Origin: Lytechinus pictus
Lineage: Eukaryota
DNA: 64,000 nucleotides
Assembly: GCF_037042905.1 (NCBI RefSeq)
Contig: NC_087252.1
Location: 19,344,001-19,408,000, forward strand
Reading direction: 5' to 3'
The notes below the pieces were generated by a model. That model made no database searches, had not been told where the DNA came from, and worked only from the letters and a program-made list of their open reading frames with translations. Below, in pieces: positions 27,030 to 35,637 of this stretch (position 1 is its first letter; each line of letters starts with the position of its first letter). The translations under genes were made by a program, and so were the position numbers.

Positions 27030-27387
27030 TCTCGTCGCAGAAACGTGGCGCTAAAATCAAGTTGGTTGGTGTTGGAGTTTAGTTGGCGCTCTTCAATCTG
27101 GTAGATTATCTGCGCCAGGTCGTTTCCATGTTGCTTAATTCCCGCTTCAATGTCCTCGGCCGGCGTTAGACTAGTCTGACCTGTCATACAGCGAGGTGCA
27201 ATATAATTAAGATTAGTTACCTCCACCATTAAATTGTGCATTTTTGTACTTCATAGTATGCAAACTTTTATAAGAAGCTATGTCGAAACACAATTTTAGT
27301 AGTCTATAAGAATTAACATCACTAAATATAATCCTCAGAACAAAAGGAAGCGAGAGGGAGAGATGGAGAGAGATCAGTGGAATATTC

Positions 27388-30300
27388 TTATTCGAATCTC
27401 TTTGTTTTTTTCACATAATTCAGGATTACTTTATAATCTGCATTTCTTCCCAATAATGTTGCTAGGTCTGATATTGGCGTATTTAATTTCAGGCTTCTTT
27501 GCATAGTTCTTCTTTCTCTTTCATATTTATTACAATGTAGTAAAAAATGTTCTATTGTCTCAGGAACCTGACAATGTGAACATAGACCATTTTCATGTTG
27601 ATTACATTTATACTGATAATAATTCAATTTACATTTTCCAAGTCTTAGCCGGTGAATCATAGTCTCTTCAAATCGAATGAGACCTTGATAACTAATTGTT
27701 TCTGCCACGTTGGGTTGGATGCTAAATAAATGTCTTCCTTTAGATGAGGATGCCCATTGAGCCTGCCAGATTTCTTTATAAATCAAAGACATGTGGTTTT
27801 TCCATTCCTCTTTGATATATGGAATGTGTAATTCAACTTCTTCTTTTGATGCTCCTTTTTTTGCTAATTGGTCTGCCACTTCGTTCCCGTGAATACCGCA
27901 ATGGGATGGTATCCATTCAAAGTTGACATAAATATCTGATGATTGTAAAACTTTGATTTTATATAAGATATCAACAATAAGATTGTTTTGAATTCGATTG
28001 CTTTCGAGTGCTTGAAGAGCTGACAATGAATCTGTAAAAATTATGATGGACATTCCTTTGTTATCTCCTAGCCAATCAAGTGCCATTACAATTGCTGTTA
28101 ATTCGGCTCTCATTATACTTACAGAATTTAATCTATAGTATTTTTTAATGTCCAGTTCTGGTATATAAAAAGCAGAGCCGGTTCTCTTGTCTTCTTGTTT
28201 TGATCCATCAGTGTAGATCTTTAAGTAACCTTTCCATCTTGTATGTGTCCTTTCTAAGACACAGTTTTTCATATCTTGTACTAAGTTACGTTGTTTGTTG
28301 ATAACATTATGGATATAGTAAGATATATTTGGTATTTCATATGACCAAAAAGGTTCTCGTAATATTCTTTGGCTTAGTTGTTCAATTTGGATTTCTTCAT
28401 TTGGCTTACATGCTCTAACTACAAAGGGTCCATGACCTACTTTCCAAGTAAATTGATCAATATACCAGGAAGGTTCAATAATTTCTAAAGTAGGATGATG
28501 AGTATCTCTATTTGTTAAAAGATAAAACATGTATTTATCAACATACAGTTCTCTTCTTAGTTGTAAAGGTCGTTCACCACATTCAACCTGCAGTGCTTCA
28601 AGGGCAGGGTTATATACTGCACCAGTTATTATTTTCAGTGACTTATATTGGACTGAATCTAATTCTTGTTTTAGTGAAAGGCTAGCCGAATCGTATAACT
28701 CACATCCGTAGTCTAATATGGATCTAATAAGACCTTTGTATATAATATAAAGAATCGTTTTATTATTTCCCCAACTCGTTCCTGCTATACACCGTAACAA
28801 ATTGATTCTTTTTGAACATTTGAGTTTTATATAATCTATGTGCTTTTTCCAGGTGAGTTTCACATCAAACCAAATGCCCAGAAACTTATATTCTTTGTAT
28901 TGTGGTATAGATTTATCTTTAATCTCAATATTTACCTCTATTTGCTGCCTATTGGTAAAAATCATAACAGCAGACTTTTGAGGAGATATAATCATACTCC
29001 AGGTTGAGCACCATTGTTCAATCTCTTTTAAAGCTTTCTTAATTTTCTTTTGTAGAAAGTCAAGATTTCTGCCTGAACACCATATGGCAATATCATCGGC
29101 ATACATAGAGATTTTTACAGATTTTTCTTTCAGTTTTAGATCATTCAACATTAAATTGAACAAAATTGGACTAATCACACTACCTTGGGGCGTTCCATTT
29201 TCCAGAACAAACTGTGAAGATAACTGACCATCAACTTTTACCTTGCAATATCGATCTTGTAAAAATGAATTAATCCACTGTAACATTTTTCCTTTTATAC
29301 CAGCTTGATGACATTTAAATACTATTCCCTTTCTCCATAAAAGGTCATATGCTTTTTCAAGGTCAATGAAAATAACTAGAACATACTCTTTGTTAGCTAA
29401 TCCTTTCTGTATATCTGTTTCTAATCTAAGGAGCTGATCTAAAGAACTTCTATTTTTTCTAAATCCAGCCTGTGTTGGTGTCAGGATACTGCATCGCTCC
29501 ATGAACCATACGAGTCTATTTTTAACCATTCTTTCCATCAGTTTGGAGAGAGTTGATGTCAAGGAAATGGGTCGATATGAAGAAGGGTTCGTTGGATCTT
29601 TACCTGGTTTAAGTACAGGGATCTGGGTAGAATAATGCCAATCTGTGGGTAGAATTGAGGAATTCCAAATACTGTTTATTAAAACTAATATGAACTGAAG
29701 AGCTATTTTTGGTAGGTGTTGTATCATAATTGACTTGATACCATCTGTACCTGCTGCAGAATTTTTCATATCCTTAACAGCGCTTGTTAATTCATTATAT
29801 GTGAATTCATCATTAAGAGGTGTTTCAGAGGAGTAGCTTTCTTCGATCGTATTTCGTATCAAATTTTCAAATGAATTTCTTCTAATAATCTCGTCATTGT
29901 CTAATCGATTGTCGATCGTTTTAAAAGCCTTAGCAATCAATTCTGCCTTTTCTTGAGCATTAGCTATTGGTGTATTGTTTCCTGTTAATAAATTGGGAAA
30001 TATATGTTTGGAGACAGAACCATTTCGTAGTCCTTTCACCATATCCCATACTTTGCCTAAGTTGGATGTTCTCCTCAAAGACTGACAGTAGTTTAACCAG
30101 TATTCCTTTTGTGTTCGTCTCTTTATTTTTTGAGCATATGCTTTCTTTTTCCTGTACATTTCCAAGTCATCCTTTCTAAAATGTCTATTTAATCGATTTC
30201 TATATTTATTTCTTTCTTTGATTGCTTCTTGGTATTCTAGTGTCCACCAAGGTACTGGGTTTTTTGCTTTTCGATTTCTGCCTGCTTTGCGAAGGGTTTC

Positions 30301-31113
30301 TTCTGCCACTTCGTTAATAATCTGCAAAATCAAATTGTACTTATCTTGAATATTCAGATCATGTGAAAAATGTAATATCTTTATTTTACTAAATTTATGC
30401 TTCAATCTTTCCCGATATATTTCCCAGTTTACGTGCTTGAAGGACCAATTCTTTTCATGAGGATTGATGTTATCGTCTACAAATTCTATTTCGTGCAGTG
30501 AGCACTTGATAACATTGTGATCGCTCCCGAAATTTCCTAGCACGTTCCATTTTAGTTTGCTGGCGATTTCCTTCGAAGCAATTGTTAAGTCTAGGCAAGA
30601 CCTTGTCCCTGTATGGATGTCCATTCTTGTAGGCGTCCCATCGTTCAACACTACTAAATCATGTTTTGTTATAAAGTTTTCAACTAATGTCCCATTACTA
30701 TCTCGCTTTATGCTACCCCACAGAGGGTTGTGTGAATTGAAATCACCTGTAATTATTATGTTTTTTGAACAATTTTCAATCAAATTTTCTAAATCTCGCA
30801 ATTCTATCTTTTGACAAGGATTATAATAATTGATTAATGAAATGACCTTGTCATAAGTGAAAATGTCAATTCTTTGATATTCCTTGATTTGAGGCAAATT
30901 GACTTCTTTGAAAGTAACTGTTTTATGCACATATATTGCAATTCCTCCTCTTCCTCCTTGGCCTCTATTTTTTATTACTGGGATGAAATCTGGAATTGCT
31001 AATATATTAAAATCAGTGAACCATGTTTCTTGTAAACATATCAAGGCAGGGATGGAGTTTAATTCTACATTTTCTATTAGCTCTTTGTAAAAGTCTGGAC
31101 CGTGAGCATTCAT
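27388..31113 (-). CDS. LINE copy B ORF2: AP endonuclease - reverse transcriptase - RNase H - C-terminal CCHC (frame open to 31197)
   Basis: LQETW, GDFNSH, SDH (APE); YRPISL, QAGFR, PQGS, YADD (RT); YTDGS, AEL.AI, TDS, WIPSH.GI.GNE.AD (RNase H); CSHC..ETIEHFLLHC. Confidence 0.96.
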   Translation of the reverse strand: MNAHGPDFYKELIENVELNSIPALICLQETWFTDFNILAIPDFIPVIKNRGQGGRGGIAIYVHKTVTFKEVNLPQIKEYQRIDIFTYDKVISLINYYNPCQKIELRDLENLIENCSKNIIITGDFNSHNPLWGSIKRDSNGTLVENFITKHDLVVLNDGTPTRMDIHTGTRSCLDLTIASKEIASKLKWNVLGNFGSDHNVIKCSLHEIEFVDDNINPHEKNWSFKHVNWEIYRERLKHKFSKIKILHFSHDLNIQDKYNLILQIINEVAEETLRKAGRNRKAKNPVPWWTLEYQEAIKERNKYRNRLNRHFRKDDLEMYRKKKAYAQKIKRRTQKEYWLNYCQSLRRTSNLGKVWDMVKGLRNGSVSKHIFPNLLTGNNTPIANAQEKAELIAKAFKTIDNRLDNDEIIRRNSFENLIRNTIEESYSSETPLNDEFTYNELTSAVKDMKNSAAGTDGIKSIMIQHLPKIALQFILVLINSIWNSSILPTDWHYSTQIPVLKPGKDPTNPSSYRPISLTSTLSKLMERMVKNRLVWFMERCSILTPTQAGFRKNRSSLDQLLRLETDIQKGLANKEYVLVIFIDLEKAYDLLWRKGIVFKCHQAGIKGKMLQWINSFLQDRYCKVKVDGQLSSQFVLENGTPQGSVISPILFNLMLNDLKLKEKSVKISMYADDIAIWCSGRNLDFLQKKIKKALKEIEQWCSTWSMIISPQKSAVMIFTNRQQIEVNIEIKDKSIPQYKEYKFLGIWFDVKLTWKKHIDYIKLKCSKRINLLRCIAGTSWGNNKTILYIIYKGLIRSILDYGCELYDSASLSLKQELDSVQYKSLKIITGAVYNPALEALQVECGERPLQLRRELYVDKYMFYLLTNRDTHHPTLEIIEPSWYIDQFTWKVGHGPFVVRACKPNEEIQIEQLSQRILREPFWSYEIPNISYYIHNVINKQRNLVQDMKNCVLERTHTRWKGYLKIYTDGSKQEDKRTGSAFYIPELDIKKYYRLNSVSIMRAELTAIVMALDWLGDNKGMSIIIFTDSLSALQALESNRIQNNLIVDILYKIKVLQSSDIYVNFEWIPSHCGIHGNEVADQLAKKGASKEEVELHIPYIKEEWKNHMSLIYKEIWQAQWASSSKGRHLFSIQPNVAETISYQGLIRFEETMIHRLRLGKCKLNYYQYKCNQHENGLCSHCQVPETIEHFLLHCNKYERERRTMQRSLKLNTPISDLATLLGRNADYKVILNYVKKTKRFE

Positions 31114-31177
31114 GCTTTGGGCATTCCATTGTAAAATATTTAAAGGCCGAGCGTTAATTGTATTTGAGCTGTCTTTA

Positions 31178-32812
31178 TTACTGAAGACGATCGTGGATCA
31201 TCTCTGGAGACACCTCGTTGATGTCTAAGCATCGCTTGGCTGCCTCAACCACTAATCTAATTCTGTTTGAATGAGAAGTTTCTTTGTCAAGGTTGTTAAC
31301 TATAAAAGTGATGAATGCCAAAAAGTCGACTCTAGCATTTTCTGTGGATGCGGGAATTACAGGTCCAGACTCTTCTGCTTCATTAGGCCTATGATTATTC
31401 TCTTTACAAGTGAATTCTTGCGCATCTGTCTGTACAGACTTTTCCGCCGTTTCTGTTTGAGTGGATATGGTCGCCGTTTTTATTGTCGACCTCTTTACCG
31501 TTGGTATTTGATCTACTTTAGCTTCCAAAATATTCGGTTGATCTGGGATTTTCTTTCCTTTGGGGGGTTTGATAATATTCTTGTTTGATGATTCACGATC
31601 TTTCGAGTGATTTTCTTCTCTTTTTTCTTGATGGTATATTTTTGTTGCTTGAGCATAAGTTAAATTATTTTGCAGGCTGACATTTTGAATATTTTTTGCT
31701 TCCTTATAATAGGTACATCCTTGATAGGCCGCTGAATGATTAAGGTTACATCTCAAGCATTTTGGGCTATCTTTATTGGGGCACATTTCAAAAGTGTGGG
31801 CCTCACCACATCTTACACATCTTAAATGACCCTTACAATTCTTCTGGATGTGCCCAAATTGCTGGCATTTATGGCATCTTGTTACAGTAGGGACAAACTC
31901 ATCAACTACATATTTTTGGTATAGAAAGGAGACATGGTGTGGAAGATTTGGTCCTTTGAATACTAAAAGAACAGAAGGGGTTGGTGATAATACACCGTTT
32001 ATTCTTTTATTGAATCTCTTTACATACGTCACACCTTGTTCTTTCAAGAGTTCATTGAGTTCTTCCTCCGTGATTAGTGTATCTACTTTATGAATAACAC
32101 CACGGATTTGAGTAATGGGTATATATTGTGCAACCTTGACAGGGGTGTGAATTAATTCAGTCATTTCTAAAATCTTTTTCATCTGTGTTTCATCAATACA
32201 AGTAACTTTCAGGCCTCCCTTTTCTTTCATAATTTTACTCACCTCACCATACTTTGAGTTGATTTCTTTAATGAGTTTTGCTGGGCTTATTTTGCTTATG
32301 CTTGAATTCTCGCCTACATCTCTTATTTCTACTATCATAGATTTATTCTCACTTCTGACATGTCTGATATTCTGCTTTTTACGATTTGAACTCGACCCTT
32401 CTTTGTTTTCGAAACTTCCTTTCCTAACTCTCTTGTCGTCTTCATTTATAGTTCTTGTACTTGCTTTTCTCTTTTTTCTCTCCACTTTTCGCCACTCCAT
32501 TTCACTCTCAACTTCTGTAGAACTCTCTCTATCATTTGATTTATTGAGATGAGCTTGGAATATACCATGTTTTCTATTACTGCTCGGGGTCATCATTACA
32601 TTACCAATTGCGGCTTGATAATATGCATCTTCTCCCGAAGAAATATCTGTTTCTTCCGTTTCCATTATCCCTTTTTGGATAGTTTGAATATTATTAGAAG
32701 TACTGTTAGCATTGGGTTTTGTTAGTATGTTGGTTAGTTTACTGTAAATGTGCTTTTGAATTTCGCTGACAGGCTTACCAATCCGCTGTCCGAATCGAAA
32801 GAGTTGGTTCAT
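31178..32812 (-). CDS. LINE copy B ORF1, gag-like protein (544 aa)
   Basis: Three zinc knuckles, as in copy A. Confidence 0.93.
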   Translation of the reverse strand: MNQLFRFGQRIGKPVSEIQKHIYSKLTNILTKPNANSTSNNIQTIQKGIMETEETDISSGEDAYYQAAIGNVMMTPSSNRKHGIFQAHLNKSNDRESSTEVESEMEWRKVERKKRKASTRTINEDDKRVRKGSFENKEGSSSNRKKQNIRHVRSENKSMIVEIRDVGENSSISKISPAKLIKEINSKYGEVSKIMKEKGGLKVTCIDETQMKKILEMTELIHTPVKVAQYIPITQIRGVIHKVDTLITEEELNELLKEQGVTYVKRFNKRINGVLSPTPSVLLVFKGPNLPHHVSFLYQKYVVDEFVPTVTRCHKCQQFGHIQKNCKGHLRCVRCGEAHTFEMCPNKDSPKCLRCNLNHSAAYQGCTYYKEAKNIQNVSLQNNLTYAQATKIYHQEKREENHSKDRESSNKNIIKPPKGKKIPDQPNILEAKVDQIPTVKRSTIKTATISTQTETAEKSVQTDAQEFTCKENNHRPNEAEESGPVIPASTENARVDFLAFITFIVNNLDKETSHSNRIRLVVEAAKRCLDINEVSPEMIHDRLQ

Positions 32813-33012
32813 AAGCTTCTCAGAGTCTCGTTTTCAAATATAATGACACTTGTTGGATAAAAATCTATAAGACTTTCGCTTTTGCTGAAAGAGTAGTTCC
32901 GAAATCATATAAATCCACAGAAAATAAAGCTCAGATCAGTGCAGATCAGTGCAGCTCAGTCACCGGATCGGAGAGCTCGCTACTCTTCTGGCTAGCTCTG
33001 ATCTATATCTGT

Positions 33013-33046
33013 ACTGAGTCAAGTTTGTAAAAGCAGGCCTTATATA
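33013..33046 (-). promoter_or_regulatory. Putative TATA box (TATATAA 33046-33040) and Inr (TCAGT, A at 33015) at the Penelope/LINE junction
   Basis: Canonical -31 spacing between TATA and the Inr adenine. Confidence 0.55.
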
Positions 33047-33288
33047 CTCTGTCGAAGTGCCGTATGCAGGGTATCTCGCAGGGTACATGTCTCTGATTGG
33101 CTAGATAGGTCACATGACATCCACATATGCGGACGTGGGTGACAACACACAAATTGGGCGCGCAAAACCAGCGACGACCGGAAATTGCTGTCAGTTATCA
33201 TTCCCGCTAGGATTAGCATGAATGACAAAAGTCACCACTTCCGCCCATACACTGCAGTGCTCACACGTGTGTGGAACGTCCGGGTAGG

Positions 33289-34666
33289 CTAATTAGGCAA
33301 ATTAGCCTCTTTGTCTAGAACGGTAAGCCAGATATTGCTGAGTTGGAGGCCGCTGTCTTGAGGAACAGTGTTATGTTCCTCAATCTCCAACGCTTCTCTG
33401 ACTCTCCGTTGATACGAGTAAGGGACACGGGTGACCAGTCTACTCTCATCCCAAAGAATCCGGTGATCATGCGTATGGGCATGATCGATGATTGCAGATT
33501 TTTCCCTCTCGTCTCTCCTACCATGGGCCTTGTGTTCCTTAATCCGAGTGTTGAAGGAACGACCCGTCTCTCCGATGTAAACCTTACCGCATTCACAAGG
33601 AATTCGGTAAACTCCAGGGAGGTACGTCCTTGGAGTTGCGCTTGTCCTTATGTGTAGTGAGGGCAGATTGAAGCTTATTTGAGGAACTATGACGAACCTC
33701 AATGTCGGCTTCTCTCAAAATCCTCTGAATTTTGTGAGAGGCTGCTCCCAGATATGGAAGAACGACTCTCGCCTTGGGTTGTCCTGCACGAGGGTTCCGC
33801 GAGGGGGGAAGCTCAGTGCAGATCTTATGTGAGGGGTAGTTGTTACATTTCAAAACACGTTTGATATGCTCAAGCTCACCTCTCAGGTGGATCTGGTCAC
33901 TAACCTCATGCGCTCGTTTGACTAACGTCTTGTTGATGGATCTTAGCACTGATGGGTGGTGGAATGAACGATAGTTCAAGTACCGATCAGTGTGAGTAGG
34001 TTTCCGATAAACCTGATGGGATAGGGATCCCTGTGCCGTCCTCGTAATCTTTGTATCAAGAAAGGGGATAGATCCCTCATTCTCCATTTCCATGGTGAAC
34101 TTGATACACTCGTGTTGAGAGTTGAGGTGCTGTAGGAAATTGCTAGTTTCCTCAGCACCGTGTTGCCAAACCACAAAAGTGTCGTCCACATATCTAAGCC
34201 ACACTTTGGGTTTGTGGGTTGCTGACTGGAGAGCCGTCTCCTCGAAATGTTCCATGAACATGTTGGCTACCACTGGGGACAGGGGAGACCCCATGGCACC
34301 CCCTTCCGTTTGCCTGTAGAATGTGTCTCTCCATCTGAAAGAGGTGGAATTGAGGCACATCTCAAGCAGGTCATGGATCTCTAGAGGAGACAACTGTGTC
34401 CTGTCAGGGAGAGTTCTGTCAAATTTCAATCTCTCAAGGATGATGGCGCAAGCATCCTTAACTGGTACACTTGTGAACAATGACTCAACATCAAAGCTGA
34501 TGAGGAGGTCATTGTTAGAGACGTTCATCTGACAGATATGCTCAACGAAATGTTTAGAGTTTCTCACGTGATGCACGCCCTGACCAACAAGAGGCTGTAA
34601 GATGTAAGTCAAATGCTGAGCCAGTGCGTACGTGGGAGATCCTCTAGTAGACACAATAGGTCTGAG
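33289..34666 (-). pseudogene. Penelope-like ORF: RT (33593-34654 frame) + GIY-YIG endonuclease (33289-33702 frame), one frameshift near 33620, N-terminally truncated
   Basis: LRPIVS, SFDVESLFTSVP, GAMGSPLSP, WLRYVDD, IPFLD, VYRKPTHT; GVYRIPCECGKVYIGETGR..R.KEH..REALEI. Confidence 0.93.
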
Positions 34667-35637
34667 TGAGGTTCGTAATAAATTCCGAAGGTTCGTTAGT
34701 CCGAAAACGAAATGATTAACGAACCTTATTTCGTTTTCGGACTAACGAACCTTCGGAACAACGAACCTTATTTCGTTTTCGGATTAACGAACCTTCGGAA
34801 AAACGAACCTCATTTCGTTTTCGGATTAACGAACCTTCGGAATAACGCCACAAATGTTCGGATTAACGAACCCTTTTACGTTTTCGGATTAACGAACATC
34901 GAGGTATATAGGCAATTTACGTGTTTCGGAATTACGAACCTTCGGAATAAAGAACCTTCGGAATTACGAACCTTCGGAATTACGAAGTGTAACCAAAAAT
35001 TATATCCTGGCCATGCACGCGGTTGTCTTTTCTGCATGCAGTTTCTAGAGACCTGTATACATGGTATACTTAGTGCGTCTAAATTAGACCAAAGAGCTAT
35101 TAGCTCTCTGATTAGACCCTGGTGAACTGCTATATTATATTGACCCTAGGGTCCACGGTACAGTTAGTGGACGTACACTGATCTTGAACATAAATTATAC
35201 AAACAGGATGAGCCTGTCGCCGTTTAATGGCGAACTCGGTGTTGCCTAGGTAGCTTTCTTCAGATCTTCTTTATTCTGTTTTTGTTGGGGTACGTAGGAA
35301 CTGGAGTATATGTAGGCCCTGATTACCAATGACATATGAAATATTTTGCGACTATATTAAATGGCTGGCTGTTTAACGACATAAATTACTCGGACTCTTG
35401 GCAGGAGATCCCCGAAGGAAATTGCGAGGTCAAAGATCGTTTTCACTATTAAATTCTTGTATATACCACCGCAGCAGGTAAGCCTATTATAATAATTCAT
35501 TATGCCTGGTTATAAGAGCCTCCACAGTTCAAGATGATTAATTTCAGGACATTTGCACCAGCGACGTTGTATACATGTGAATTCCACACACTGGGCCTAT
35601 TAGTATTGGAATAGTGAGTTTTATTTTTTAATCTAAC

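Larger units (their letters stand above)
27061..33016 (-). mobile_element. I-group (I/Nimb-like) LINE, copy B, apparently full length and intact (about 5.96 kb)
   Basis: Begins with Inr-like CAGT (5' boundary inferred), both ORFs intact, ends TGGCGC..GCGCCA stem-loop + CCAACCAAC. Confidence 0.93.
20956..34666 (-). mobile_element. Penelope-like retroelement (Penelope/Poseidon type), 5'-truncated, split by the LINE dimer (own sequence 20956-21079 + 33017-34666)
   Basis: 8-bp TSD TGAGGTTC at 20948-20955 and 34667-34674; RT + GIY-YIG coding region; hammerhead ribozyme in the 3' segment. Confidence 0.88.
20838..34993. mobile_element. Foldback/Mutator(Rehavkus)-like MITE split by later insertions (arms 20838-20955 and 34667-34993)
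   Basis: Inverted arms built of about 15-bp TTCCGAAGGTTCGTAA repeats; 9-bp direct repeat CAAAAATTA at 20829-20837 and 34994-35002. Confidence 0.8.

Noticed and set aside
26855-27241. A histone H4 gene
   Set aside because: Only 22 codons of H4; no start, histone fold or 3' stem-loop.
32938-33016. HDV-like ribozyme at the LINE 5' end
   Set aside because: A hairpin (AGAGCT...AGCTCT) is present, but I could not fit the nested double pseudoknot by eye.
34712-35125. 137-aa repetitive ORF (NEPYFVFGLTNLR)
   Set aside because: Translation of the MITE's internal repeats.
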